Source: Callorhinchus milii (lineage: Eukaryota). Taken from it: a stretch of DNA of 64,000 nt. Every line of letters begins with the position of its first letter. Position 1 is the stretch's first letter. The notes beneath the pieces were generated by a model. It was not told the origin of the DNA, searched no databases, and worked only from the letters and a program-made list of their open reading frames with translations. The stretch spans positions 6,758,001-6,822,000 of the forward strand of contig NW_024704760.1 of NCBI RefSeq assembly GCF_018977255.1, given 5' to 3'. Position numbers and translations under genes: made by a program. Positions 24,731 to 39,334 of the stretch are shown here, one piece after another.

Positions 24731-27700
24731 AGAACAGCCACTTTGTTCCCGCTCTGTCCCTGTGGTGAAGCAGCCAGTCTCCCCTCAAGTCCTCACAGTG
24801 ATGTGACCACGTTCACACTTGCAGTGCAATGGGAAGCAACCCATGTTTTACCACTGTGTAGCTCCGGTGTGCTAATCCACTCCATTAGCCCCATTTATTC
24901 ACCTACAGATTACAGTCAATACACTTTACAGCATAATCCTGTGCAGCACTTTGAGACACACTCCCAACATGAAAAGCACTCGATCAAATGCAGGGGCTAT
25001 TATATATATTTAAAAATGCTATTGTGAATACTCCACACATAGAGTTTGCTACAAATTGGGAGAATGATCTGAATGACTCACCTCAGGACTGGTTAACCTA
25101 TCATTGCCAGTTCTTCTTCATTTACTGCACTCGTTTTCCAACGTTTAAACTATTGACGTGAGTGAGTATTTGTCTTTCACTCTCTCCAACTGATAGTACG
25201 GCGTCGGTGTGCATTTCACGTGATAAACATGCCAGATTTGTGTTTGTCTGCAAAAATTTATTGTGTGAAAAACTCAGTGTTTTGGCATTATGAGCCGTGT
25301 TGCCAATTTCACTTCTCAGGGTTTTTTCTATGGACTGCCATTTGTTAGATATCCTCCAGTGAGTTTTTGAACAATGCATATTTTATGGTTTGCATTTTAT
25401 ATGCAAAATGAATCATATCTCCAGCGCGTTGCAGGGAATATGATGATCTGAAAGGTTAGGGGTAAAATAAATATTGTTCGGTTTCTGGGATCTACACCAC
25501 TTAAAGCATACGTTTTTAATATGTATTTGGCTTGTGCTTTTCACTTGTTTAAATTTCTATGCATTTCTTTCATTTTGCAAATTTCATGTTCTCCTGTCTG
25601 CTCCAGGACACTACACCGTGTGAAAGGCGCTATATAAATTCAAGTTGTTGTTGTTGTATAACACATAATTCTCCAATAGAGAGAACAGCAAGGTTTATCA
25701 CTTCCCAGAACTCCATCTATGTCAGGTTTGACTCAGTCAGGATCATGTGGGGACAAGCACTGTGTACCTGACTTGCTATTGACAAGCTAAAATAGGGTCG
25801 AGTCATCAGTTTACTGTATTTTTCTTTGGTTGATCTGTTCCCAGAACTCGTGTCGGATAGAAATTGCTGCTACAACCTCCGTTACTCCCTCCTCCTCCAT
25901 CTACCTTTAAATTCTCCCCCTTCCTCACCTGCTTTGACTGGGCTTACAGTCACACGTGACCAGCCTCTTGGCTGTTTTCTGTACTGGATCTAGTCCTCCT
26001 TATGTCCTACTGACCTCATTTCTGTTCCTCATAATCTTCCAGGTCTGACCAGGGGGTTAAATGCTCATTATTTTATGCGGTTTCTGATCAGCAGAATTTT
26101 GCACATTTCCTCCCTCAGGTTCTTTGTTCACAAAATACACAGTCGCTTTGAGACATCCCCTTGATGCAAAGGGCATTAACTATATCAAATGCAAGGATTA
26201 GTGTTAAAAAATTCAAACGGACTTGTATTCAGTTTTTACTCCGAATTTGCAGAGGAAGGAATTTCAGGTGTTGGAAGAAATTCAGAAAAATTGCCGTTTA
26301 GCAAAAGCTTCACCAACCTGGCCCCAGTTTTTCCTAAAAGTACATTATATGCTCATTTGTCCAAATAAGGCTCCCATTGAAACTCTCTGCCACTAAATGA
26401 AGTGTTCAAAACACGACATGCAAATGTGATGAGAATATATTAGAAGAGTATGATCATCCTTGGCCAGAGAGCTAACCAAAGGAGATTGAGAGTGGCTATA
26501 GCTCCCGCTGAACTTTTGCCAGTGTTGGACAATGTTTGTCTTGTTCAAAGTTCAGGCTGAGTGGGGATAAGAAAGTCAAGCTATCAATTCTGAGCACTAT
26601 GAATTGTTGAGCAGCCAAGAACATAGCCAAGGAGTCCAGTTTAATTTGCTGAAGTATGCAAACATCTATGAAAAGGAATTGTACAGTTTTCAGTAATCAG
26701 AATAAACACAGGAACTGTTTTTTTTCCCCCCATCACATTGTGAGCACCTCTCGGAAGTTAAAATATGAAAGGCAGATTCGCTAACAACGGACCTGGACGC
26801 ATTAATATTCTTTAACATCTTGCCCGGAACAAAGAGGGTACACATCATGAAACAAAAACATAAAAACTTATGATTTAAATACTTTAATTTCATACGCCAC
26901 GGCAGTATTAGTGATTCCACTGCCAGTTACCAATAGCAACTGAGGCAGTGACCTTTTCGTTTGAAGGCTTCTGCGATATTAAACTTTAATGCATTCTTTT
27001 ATGTCTCCAAGTGAACAGGCGGTGTGTTAAAATTTTATGTACCTCTCCAGCATTAAATCGAAGGCCGGTGTCTATACATTTCACTCAAATAACAATTACG
27101 TTTTAAACACTGATGCAAAAGTACTTTTTTGGGGGCATTTTTTAAAAAAAACTTGGGTTACTCAACCTTTTGTTCTCATTAAGAAAAAAACCTTCAGTCC
27201 AATAGCTTTTTTTCGATGAAGTGGAGGCTTGTGTTAACCAATAGTAATTATTCAGGTGAAGCGTTTTGATAAATAAACTGCCTCACACACAAACCCCCTG
27301 AAAAATCCAGGCAACAGGATCTGATCTGTCTGAAAACGATTCTGCCAGTGTCCAGGATAACAATCCTCCAGATAAATTGGTCATTCACTGTTTGGCTATC
27401 TGTCAGACACTGCTGCACCTCCAATAAATAGCCATCCTGTCTGCCTACAAAATACATCTCTATCCTTACCTTGGCAGTAATTACTGTAACACTTTGAGAC
27501 GACTTGATACAAGGCTCCATAAAATAAAAACATTTTCTTTTAGTTTGGCCTTGTGTTTCTCAATTGAAGGATAACGTCACTGCAAAGTATAGATTAATCA
27601 TCACTTAGCAATGCTCTTCATCGTTCATTTTAACTTGCGCCTTACATCATCATGTATAATAGATAAGGTGAGCTATTTAAAATCAAGAAATCAATGCTAA

Positions 27701-28242
27701 CCCTTTCCCCTCAACAGATCTTTGTGCACAAACCCCATGACATTTGCTTCCCTGCAAATGGACAGATTCTCATCTCAGAAAAATCCCACGGAACAAGAAT
27801 CCCGATGATCCAATTTAAAAAGGTGGGGAACCAAATTGAGAAAAGACTGACTTTCGACAAGAAACATTATTAATCATCGGATACACCATTTTGCCCCAAT
27901 GTGTTCTGCACATAGACCGATAAGAAAGTTTCTTAAGTTAACAGTATCGACCAATAAACAAAGCCACGTCATAGATTACACGTGCATTCACAGGCGGATC
28001 TTAAAACAGAATGAGGGATTGCAGAGAATTTTCAAATATATATTCTGCAAATGAAGTACAACAACAATTATTTTCATTGCCACAACTTGTAACTTGTTTT
28101 TTAGTAACCGGATTTTTTTGTGCTGATGAATTGCAAATAGATAATGTTTGTACAAAAAGGTCAGTGAAAAAAAACAGCCAAAGGAAAGCAAGGAAAACAG
28201 CCAATCAATGGTAACGTTTGGCTTTTGGTGCATCAAAAATTA

Positions 28243-28564
28243 TCCTGGAGGTAGTGGTTAGCTCACTTGCCTTGCCAGCGAGAGACCCCAGGTTCGATTC
28301 TGGGTGGGGCGAAACCTTAGATGAATTTCCTTACTCCACACCCCAATGTTTACCCAGCAACAACCTCGCTTTCCAGGGATAATCCCTCAATAAAAATAGG
28401 TCACTTAATTCACGACTGTTTGTGGGATACTGCTGTATGCAATTGCTGCCGAGTTTCACCCACAGAATACAGTCAATTCACTTGACAATATATTCTGTGA
28501 AGCGCTTTGAGACGTCTCAACGACGTGAACAGGCACTATGTCAAATGTCAGGGTTATTATTGTT
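28243..28564 (+). mobile_element. tRNA-derived SINE, near full length
   Basis: TAGTGGTTAG..GGTTCGATTC head, body and tail. Confidence 0.8.
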
Positions 28565-29145
28565 GTCATATTGCGATATTTATAGGACTATTGCTTTGAA
28601 TTTATATTGCCAAACAAACCTAAAAAAAAACACCAACCGCTTAATCCAGGACACAAGGGAGGGCAACAGGTTGTTTGAAATAAATGCAGAGCTCATACGT
28701 TTTTAGGCATTTCTTCGTGAAGTAAATTTGAAGCTGATGGTCACCAATGGGGAAAATCAATAGAATATTGTGCTTCACATTGTGACAGATGGTAAAATAG
28801 TCTCACTCTTTCAAGATGTACCCTAATTAATTCAGCTCCAACCTAAATGTCAGAAAGCAGAGTGCATAGAAAGTACTTTGTGACCTTTTTAATATTCAGT
28901 CCAGATTACAATAGTCCAAGTCCTTCAGCAACTGCTTTCATATCGTCAAAACTGAGTGCATCAAAGATCGGAAAAATATTTTAAAACAAACATGGAAGTA
29001 TTCAAGGACTTTTTCATTTTCTTTGGTGTTTTTTTTAAACAAAACAACTAGACTCTTTCAACATGGTTTTATTTCAGGCTAAAGGTTGATTTTTTTTTAA
29101 AAAGCTGTGGAAGAAGTCTTTTCTCCCCTGGTCACCGAAACCTGA

Positions 29146-29710
29146 TAATAATAATAATCCTTGCATTTGATATAGCCCCTTATACCATCTTCGAGACGTC
29201 TCAAAGCTCTTCACAGAATGTGCTGTAATGTGAATTAACTGTATATTTTGTGGGCGAAACGCAGCAGCCAATTGCTCATAGCAGCGTCCCCACAAACGGT
29301 CATGGATTGAAGTGACCTATTTATTATTATTATTTTATTGAAGAAATGATTACCCCATAAAAGCGATCCACCAATCGACTAACAACCAGGTTCCTACTTA
29401 TTAATAGGTAAACATGGCGAAATGTTGGTCAAGTTTCCTTACTCCACACGCCTCTGTTTACCTAGCAGTAAGTAAGAACCAGGTTGTTAGTCTATTGGCG
29501 GATCGCTTTTCTGGGGGTAATAATCCCTCCAAAAAAAAATGATTTGGTCACTGAATCCACAATTGTTTGTGGGACACTGCTGTGCGCAATTGGCTGCCGC
29601 GTTTCGCCCACAAAACAATCAATTCACTTTACAGTATATTCTGTGAAGCGCTGTAAGACCTCTCGACGTGATAAGGTGCTATATCAAATGCATCAATTAT
29701 TATGATTATT
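29146..29710. mobile_element. Two head-less SINE copies in inverted (head-to-head) orientation
   Basis: 29146-29413 minus-strand copy abuts 29414-29710 plus-strand copy; tails point outward. Confidence 0.85.
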
Positions 29711-31913
29711 ATCAGACTATAATCTTCTTACTGCGACTGTCAAGGAACCAGGCCCACAAATTTCAAGAATATGTTAATTAAATGGAGGTTAATTTAGCAG
29801 CCGATACATGTTTAGTACAGATGTACTGCAGACGCCATTCTCAATGGCAATATCCGTAACCCTTGATCCCCTCGGCAGTCATTCAATTTTTTTTTACTTT
29901 AAAACTGGTTAGATCGACTGCAATTGCCTGTTCCTACCCAATATATTCAAATATTCTTTTCAGTGTATCACCATCTCCAGTTTCCTTGAATCCTTTATAC
30001 CATTTGTATTTTTCTTTTGTGCTATTTTAACTGCTCTATCCAAAATGTGAAGGGCTTTCATATTGTGCAAGTGCAATTTGCACCTTTGCGAAAAAACACT
30101 AAAAGTATGGTATTCTTTTTTCCTTCTCTGCAGTAATTAAAACTTTTTTTTACAGCTACCTCTCTGCTTCAATTAACTTCACTGAAATGTGGGTGATTCA
30201 TTCCACCTCTGGCTCCATGTATATCTGAATATAAAATGCAATGAAATCATAATCATTAATACACAAATGCTCCTTGAGCTCTGAACTCTGTCCACCGCAA
30301 GCTCATTACTGCATATTACATTCAATGGAGGCCTCTTTCCTATGCTCAATGTTAACGCATTCAGATCCATTGCTGAACATGGTGACCTTTTGAATAATTT
30401 GAAAAAAATAAATTCAGAGACGATAGGAATCCTGCAAACTTTGTAGAAATGGGTAACTTTCTTCGAAAACAAGTGTTAGAAACCGGCGAAGTATGACAAC
30501 TGCGAGGAACCTTTAAAACAATGGAACAACTTGGAACTCAAGGCGAAGAATCTTGAATTCCAAGCCACAAGGGACCAGTGGTGGCCAACTCAGGGGCCTG
30601 GAGGCCAGATATGGCCCATAGGACCATCAGGAAGCGACCCCGCCCCACCCCCCACCAAACATTCACACTAATCCAGGTAACTGTGTCCGATCAGTAGGTT
30701 TTTCCTGATGGATTTATGCCGAAAATCAAGAACTATCCAATCGAGAAAATTTAATTTGTTGGCTGACTAAAAAGATTGGCTTCCGATGAGTTGGATCCCA
30801 ATCCTTTCTAATGTGAACAAATGAACTCCCTTTAATACAATGAATGAGAAAATATACGATTTTCCCAGAAGGAAATCTCAGTCTTGGTGTACTGCCAATA
30901 GCAGAATATCCAAAGGCTACCTATAGCAAAACAAAATAAAAGTCCTTTGTTCCTTGACTGAAGGAGAACAGAAAGCACAATGTTCAACAACACATAAAAG
31001 TTAAAAATCAAAGCAATAAAAAGTGAATTAATAAATCTATCAGTTAATATAAAATTGGTGGTAACAACAAGAAAACGTACATTCAGCTAAAAGAGCTCAC
31101 ATTGTGGTTTAAGAAATCAGATTTGCGGAATATAAAATTGTGATAAATAAACAAACCTCTCAGGCAAAACAAATGCACCGAAAAGGAAAACTAAATTACA
31201 TGAAAATCGAACTCATAATAATTATGTCGTAACCTAATCTGATTATTCGGGTCCACAACACATATGTGCAAATGGAGAGGAGTAGACTTTAAAATCTGGG
31301 AGTGAACTTCCTGTAGCAGATTGGAACAAAATCCCATTTTAATTCAAAATCATTGCTTACTTATTGGGTGCTGCCGTGACATATGTGAAAAAAATTCTCC
31401 TGAGGAGGAAGGAAGCTTCCTGGTAAAATACTCATTAGATTGGGTGTGATGAGGTGCTAGGAAAAAGCCTTAATCAGATACTTTTTGTAGGTTAGTTATA
31501 CCTACTAAGGGATACAATGCAGATACTACTCTGCAAGGTCAAAAAAGCATATGTAATTAAACACAATTATAACCATTTTCATGCACAACATTTCAAGACT
31601 TCATTTTACAAAACGGTAGAGATCTACAGAAAATATAAGAATATAAACCTCTGTAAATATAAAATAACAAAATAAAATGACAAGTTTGCAGAGCTATGGG
31701 GAGAGAGCAGGGGAGTGGGATTGCTTTGGATAGCTCTTTTAAAAGAGCTGGCACAGATACAATGGGCCAAATGACCTCCTTCTGTGCTGCATAATTCTAT
31801 GAAATCCAAGTGGAAGAGTAAAGAAACAAAACAAACAAAATCTTGCATATCGGACCCAAAATACTATTTCAAAAAGTGAGATTACTGGAGCCAAGCAGCT
31901 TTGTGTGGATGCG

Positions 31914-31919
31914 TTTATT
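31914..31919 (-). terminator. Candidate distal ARL8A polyadenylation signal
   Basis: AATAAA on minus strand ~1.9 kb after the stop, at the end of a repeat-free AT-rich stretch; proximal candidate at 33083-33088. Confidence 0.45.
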
Positions 31920-33839
31920 ACAGCACTAGCTTCATCAAATGACAAGAGCAACAGTACATTAATCACCCGCAGGACAAGTTGACAAGTTGACTGTACAGGT
32001 CAACAAGCTATTATTATAGGACACATTATGCATTAACTTCAATATTTACCGGTTTCTTAAAACTGCTGGAAAAAGGATTCACTTAAAATCGTCACAGTTC
32101 AAGAAAGAAAAACATACTACAAGCTATTAGTCCATCATTCTCCTCATATAATAGACAGATAATGCAGCAAATACCGCTAACCACAAGCTTTCACAGCCAA
32201 GTACCTGTATTGAAGCAAATTACTATCTAATACAATATTTATCACAAATTCATTTGTAAGTTTTTAAAAATTTCAACGATTTGGTTTAAATCTGTATGTA
32301 CAAAACTGCAATTAAACACAGATTGTAAACTTATTAAAAGGCAAGTCACAATAAAAACAAGCTTATCACCTGGTATAATACCTGTCAAAAGTAAAAATAT
32401 TTCAATGTGCACCTATAGGGATGTGCTATTAAACAGCAGCAAGTATTAAAATACATCAAGAGAACATGCAGGCTAAAAAGCAGGAAAAAAAATAAAAAGT
32501 GGATAGCAGTAGTTTGTCTCATTTCCCCATCCTGAGGATTTTTAAAAAAAAATTACTGTACAAAAAAAAGTTCATCAAATAATTTCGGAGCTACGAAGCA
32601 TAGACACAATTTATAATGTGTACATGGCAAGATTATCAGTGAAATCTGTACTGGCTTCTTCACTGGACTGGCGGGAGTGCTACTCTTATGAGGTCACATT
32701 GCTCATGTTCCATGCCAAGCAAATGCAAGAATAGAGAATAATTTGTTAAATATAATAAAGATAGAAACGGTCTCAGTCTGCCTTTCTGTCATGACTGGAA
32801 ATGATCTGGCCAAGTCAAATCTAAGCCTCTCCATCATACAATATGTACAGGATCGGTGAACCAGAGGAAATTTCAAGGCAATAAATACAATTAAGGGGTA
32901 AAGTAACATAATACATACAAGAACTCGGACTGTTTTAACACCTTCCCGTCATGTTCGTACAAGAAATTGCTGGCAACTTAATTTCCAAAGCAACTAAAGA
33001 TCTTCATTAAGTACATAAAGTTATTGACACCAGGTATTTGATTATGTCAATAATACTATTATTGGAAGGGTATGAAGATTATTTTATTGTAGTGGATCAG
33101 TAAGGCATTCAGTACCTTTTTAATATATATATCTATATTTATATGGCAGATTACATGGGTGACCATGTATTATCCCCTCCGTCCTTTACCAGCAACAGTC
33201 TCCTCATCTGAGATTTTAAATATGTCATACTTGAAGATAAAATGGACTCGGATCTCAATTATTCTGTAAATTATCTGCATTGATTCATTTATGTTCTTTT
33301 TAAAAAAAAAAATCGGTGACCAACAAAAGGCTATCCACAATTTTTTTTCAAGTTGAACCGGCCAAAAGGAGGCTTGTTAGGTGCAATAATGAAACAAAGG
33401 TAGGTTTGCCGAGATGCACAATTGGGCTACCTCACGCTGGCCTGAGTTGATGCAATGGGATGTAAATGTGCTTCCTGCAACTTATGGCATCTTGGGATGA
33501 GGAGTTCCATTGTGCAATGGGGCTTTATAGGCATGCGTATTAAAAATAAAAAAAGGCCCCATTTATACAAAAACAAAACCCCTTTTTCTAAACGGACAGT
33601 GGTAAACATTTTATGCTTCACAAGGTCAGATTTAGTAACTTTGCTTATTTATATATATATATTTTTAAAAAAACAACAACAGTGCAAAACAATGTCAAAC
33701 ACTCTTTATGATAAAAACATTAATTTGACCTCAGTGTTAAGATAGCTTTCTAGACTTTTGTTCCAGGGAGGGAGAAAGGGAGGTCTGCATTAACTACAGC
33801 AGGTCCTGGGTATGAATAAGAAATCAACATCCTTTTTTC

Positions 33840-33889
33840 TCAGCTTCGTTTGGTCTTTGAATGCTGAGTGAGCCACTGTAGTGTTATAT
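33840..33889 (-). CDS. ARL8A: ADP-ribosylation factor-like GTPase 8A, coding exon 7 (last)
   Basis: TTTCAG acceptor; (D)ITLQWLTQHSKTKRS-TGA. Confidence 0.93.
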
Positions 33890-34111
33890 CTGAAAGAAAA
33901 GGTTTCAAATTTAAAACCGCACTACATACATAGATTATAGCCGAAAACAGCCCATATGGCCCAACTACTAATTGCCAGCATTTACGCCACCTTCAACAAC
34001 TCGCATTTATATAGTTTATAGATTCATATAGTTTCATCCACAAAATACACACTCAATCTACTTTACAGTATACACTTGATTCCCTGTTCAACCAGATGAC
34101 AAAATATTTAC

Positions 34112-34182
34112 CAATGTTATCCTTTTCTTTGCAGGAGATGGAGTAACAACAGATTTCTCGATCTTGGATTGCTGAAAGATTC
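34112..34182 (-). CDS. ARL8A: ARL8A coding exon 6
   Basis: 71 nt, AG/GT flanks; [23 protein letters not shown]. Confidence 0.95.
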
Positions 34183-35416
34183 CTAATTCAACAAAAAACA
34201 GTCAACATTTAAAAAAAAATCTCGGTAAGAAATGACAACAATAAAAATAATTACATGGAAAAAATATACCCGGGGGTAAATACATCAGATCAAACAAATG
34301 CAAAACACAGCTTCAAGCAGAAAAATTTAAATTTAAACTTTGCGTTAAAAAAAATCCAACAACTATTTGTACAAAATACATAGTTAAATCTTTATAAAAT
34401 TATGAAAATTCTGAGAAAGACATCTTTTAGATAGTTTTATTGAAGAAGAAATATATTTAAATACTGGCGCCCAGAGACTGAAGCATCATTTCCATGTAGA
34501 AGTGGAATAGACATTTGGGTATAGAATTTCTTTCAGAACTATTAGGATTATAAACCAAATGTTATTTTTTTTGCTTTGCAAAACAAGACACGTTTCGATT
34601 GCAGATCTGTGAAACATTTTCATTTCTAAAGGCTGATGAAAAGGGTACATAACTTTACCATCCAAGTTATAAATTTAGGTTTAAAATAATGAGCTCCTAA
34701 GAGGTATAAAACACCCCAGTTTCAATAATTAGTGCAATTACTGTTATGCAAATTTAATAAAATGGGACAAGGAGAGATGGCAGCTGGAAGGGTGGCTCAA
34801 ACAGAAATAAAAAGTCAACCATAGATGTGTATTATTTTCAACTGCAGACTTGACTTTTAATTAGTTTGTACATTTGGAACATTCATTTTTTAGATTACTA
34901 GATTTTTCAAGCAAAATAGAATTTGGGTTAAATTTAATTACTGTATCCTTTTAATTGAAAATGAAACTCTTAATTAAAACCATAGAAATGTACGACATAG
35001 GAGAAGGCAATTCAGCTCATTTTTTCATTGCTTCTTCCAAGATGCCATCATTAATCCCAATTCCCTGTGCTTTCCCCATGCTCTCGAATACCCCTCTTTT
35101 CTAGAGGATTACTTAATCAGAGCAATTGTAAAAGTCTGGACAAGAAACTAGTGAACATATATAAAAACAAGAGGGTGTCTATCAACAGAACTGGGAAAAG
35201 GTATATAATAAAATTAATAAAAGCAAGTGAAAAAGATTTCCCGTATAATTTAAGATTTGTGAAATGATTTTTTTTAAAACTGAAATATTCTGTATGAAAT
35301 GAACGCCACTACTGTGGCCAAACAGTTAATTTGCAATTGTCTTTTTTTAAAAGATACACAGGAACATTTTCTGTGTTGGAAGATAATGGCTGAAAGTTTG
35401 CAAGTACAACACTCAC

Positions 35417-35484
35417 ATTTTTTCAATAAGTTCTTTTTCATCCAACGCGTCAGGCAAATCTCGCTTGTTGCCAAGAACTAGTAC
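35417..35484 (-). CDS. ARL8A: ARL8A coding exon 5
   Basis: 68 nt, AG/GT flanks; VLVLGNKRDLPDALDEKELIEK(M), G4 motif NKRD. Confidence 0.95.
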
Positions 35485-38400
35485 CTAAAGTGATACAATA
35501 GAGAGTAATAAGCCCAACATCTAGAACGTGGTCAAATATTTAACCAGTCTCATTGACGCAACCTTTAAAACCTGGTGTGTTCTACAAATCATGGGAAAGG
35601 GGGCGAGTTTAGTTAGCACAGCTGCCAAACAGCCCCTTTAATACAGAGACAGCCCCCACCTAGTAACAAAGATATCAAACACAATTGCGAATGAATAATT
35701 ACAAAGAATAAAAAAGAATGTGCAAGATATGATGGAGTTACTTCTTCTGGAAAAAAGGTATCCTCACCCATTATAACTACGCTACAGCAAAACATCTACA
35801 ACTTAATACGATTCCCTCTCCCTTATTTATTTTTAACAAGACGTTGCCCTTGTGAATCCACAGGGAGCAACGTAGATCAGCATCCTACTTTGTGTTATGC
35901 GACGGTTAAGAGTCAGCAAGGAATCAATTTACCTTTCACCCTCAGCTATCTCCCAGATGCAAAAATGATTGCCAAACTGTACTACTTGCAGCAGGTCCTT
36001 GGGGCTTTGGGGCAATTTAGACACCACAAATGACAGGAATTTGCAAAGGAGGGAAATTATATCAAATGCTTCTGCTACGAGGTTAAATAATTTTGAAACT
36101 ACTTTAACTTACCTACTGTCAGAAATTTAAACTGAAAATACTTCTTCTCTTCTCCCTCCCCTTAATATATACACAAAAATCAATTTACTTTAATGTATAT
36201 AGTAAATTCTCAGAATGTTTAATTTCCAGGTACCGAATAGAATGTCTCTTACTAACTGCTCTGGTGAGATCAATAGCATTTTGTTTTGTTACCAGATAAT
36301 CCGGGGAAGCTACCTACTAGCTAAAATGGATGAAAGCTAGAAAATGGAAGAGTAATGCAATTTTCAGTTACTCAATGGAGAAAGTGCTATTGGAAGATAT
36401 GTACTGTTTCGCCAGCAGATGGCTCCATACATAGTCTGAAAACAAACTGCCTGATGCAGTTACCTCTGATTCAATACAATGTTCTGATTATACTTTGTGT
36501 ATTTCCCCCAGTGATCTTACATGGAGCGGATAGTTCAAATGAAATTAGAAACTATCAAGATAAAAACGTGAGGGGTTAGCTTTTACCCGCCAAAGTTATA
36601 AAAAGATTTGTAACAGTACGAAAAGATTCCGAACGGTAATATTCTGTTTCAGTAGCAGCCTTCCAGAGAAAGTACTCTATAACTATATATCGTGCATTAT
36701 GACAGATTTAGTACAGAAAAATCTTACTTTCAAGGAGTTTATAGAAATAGTAATATTGTATTAACAGATACGGGATCCAAGAATGTATCCAAAGCATTTT
36801 TCCATTAAACTGTTAACAATGCCAAGCTTATTGAATACCAATGTTAATCCATTTAAAACATGAAATATGGATATGCACAATTCTGACAGAGAGTCAGTAA
36901 TGAATGCAAGTTTAATCCAGTTCTTTTTAATGGACAAAAGTATTAAATTTCAAGCACTGGTGAAGTCACAAGCAAACCTCAATTGAATAATGTTTAGAAT
37001 AAAATATCTATATATTTTTCATAATTAATATGATTTAATACTAGCAGAGTAGTCAAAGAAGCTATTTGGGAAATGATGCATGAATAATTACAGCAGTGTT
37101 TATGGATTAACTAGACTTTTTACAGTAAAAATTCTGATTGCCAAAGCACAGTAATTATAGATCTGTCAAGAGTGAAGCAACGTGTATTTTGGGAAGCTTT
37201 TTGTCATTTTCATGTATTATTACTTTTATAGCTACAGACAACAATGGGTGGGAGATGTACCTTAGAAAGATGTGAAGGCCGCAATTTAAACCAAGGCAAT
37301 TTTGTTTTTAATTTTAATCCTTCTGCACAAATGTCATGCCGGTGACAAAAAGCAATATTGGATCAGTACTAAGGAACATGGTGTTATCACCGGGATCAAA
37401 TGCTCAAGGTAGTATCATAAATACATCTACCGCAAAACTCCCTCCACATTGCTCAAACCAACCTGCTCAGACATGCAGTTACATTTAGACCATTTGTTCC
37501 TTGAAGGTAGTTAAGTTGATGACTGTGATCATATTCACAAACATTTTAAAACTGCATCAGTATAGGCTTGTACTGTGAACTTGTGGCCCCTGGAAACTTA
37601 GCTTAGACATCTCAAGTTTCCCTCAGCATCCTTATGGTAAGAAGACTGACGTAAAGGTCTTCCGGCCTAGAATCAAACCCCAATGTCAAGAGTTGAAAAT
37701 AAGCGTTCTAACCAATTTCGTTGCCTATTTTTGCCTATTTCTAAATATCTACTCTTCAAGCTCATAATTTTGAAGCTGTCATTAACACCCATGTGAAACA
37801 AATACACCTAACTGCACTTCTGCCTTTAGGACTCAAGATACTGTATATTCACATGACAATCAACCACATCAGACTGTATGGGTAAATCATGGGGCTTGAA
37901 ATCTTGCAGCCATACACGCAGATCTAGACTTGTGTTTGCCCATAGCATAGTGACAAGCATTTATTTAGCAGTACCCAGTATAGGGTTAAAGATGGGGAGA
38001 AAAATCAGTACATGAGACAGAAAAAATAAATTAGTGAGAGTAAGAAACAGATGAAAGAGATAAGAGAGAAACAGTGAGAAAGAGAGAAAGCTAGACAGAC
38101 AGAGTAAAGTAAGACTCAGAAAGAGAAAGAAAGAAAATTATAGCTTTAGCTTCTTTATCATAGTTGGTTTGATAGTTTTCCAAGGAATGATGGTTGACTT
38201 GGTTAAAATTATTAGTAATATAGGACCACTGGTAATTCTGGGATTACACTCATTTCAGCAGGGAAAGAACAACCTCGAACACATTGTAAATTGACCGCTG
38301 CCCACAAATATACAGGCAATTCACTTTACAATCTATTCTGTGAAGTGCTTTGAGACGTCTAGAAGATGTGAAAAGCGCTGTCTCAAATGCAAGTATTATT

Positions 38401-39240
38401 ATTATTATTCTCAATGCACTTCACAAGTAATGGTTGTCAAGTGCAGTGTGATGCTGTTTTGTTGGTCTTAATAGAAGCATGGAATGGCCATTTGATTCCA
38501 TCGGTCTGAGCAAACTCTCTCCTTTCACACACCTTGCACAACTCGGTGCATCACAGACTATGTCATCATCCAATCCGTGCATAAATCTCAAATAATAATG
38601 AAACAAATTGTTAAAGAGATGATCTTTCAAGTGCCCTTTACTTTCTGAACTGTAAAATTGCTTTGATTGTTCTATGGTTCTCATTATCTTATACATGGAA
38701 TCTTATTGGTAATGAGTCAGTCTAGATCAGTGACTAGATCAACTGAATACTTACACAAAGTCAGCAGCCATCGCACTATTATTGGCTAAAACACTGATCA
38801 AGTTCAAATTCAAGATGACACAATTGTAGGAACAGCTAGGCATCCATTAGCTGTACATATCCACCAACACTGATCTTTTGTCTGCATCAATGTCACATGG
38901 TGGAAACTATGATTAGCAACTGCATGATGACTTGCTTCTTCAGCCCCAAAAGTACTGCACAATTTATATAGCCTAGAAGTTATGACGCCTTTCCTTTGTA
39001 AAAGTAATAAGGCACTATATCAAATTAAAGGATTATTATTATTATTTACCAAGTTTCAAAATCAATAGAATTATTTGCCCAATGTATCCCACTTCAAATC
39101 CCTGAATTAAAATCCCAAGAATCGATTGCAACTGGTCAAGTTTACCAGCTTAACACTTTGAAGATTTTTCTTTTTTTTTCTTAAATATTCAGCAAAACTC
39201 TACACATCTTTTATTAGAAGTTCAAAAGGAAGAGACTTAC

Positions 39241-39334
39241 TGGGATGCCCTGTAACTGTGGTTTATCTAATAAATTATGCAGCTCATTCTTTGAAGCTTC
39301 AATCTTCTCGTGGTCTGCAGCATCCACCATGTAC
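39241..39334 (-). CDS. ARL8A: ARL8A coding exon 4
   Basis: 94 nt, AG/GT flanks; [31 protein letters not shown]. Confidence 0.95.

Noticed and set aside
30577-30625. Possible hAT/Charlie terminal sequence CAGTGGTGGCCAAC
   Set aside because: No matching opposite terminus or TSD found; too short to support
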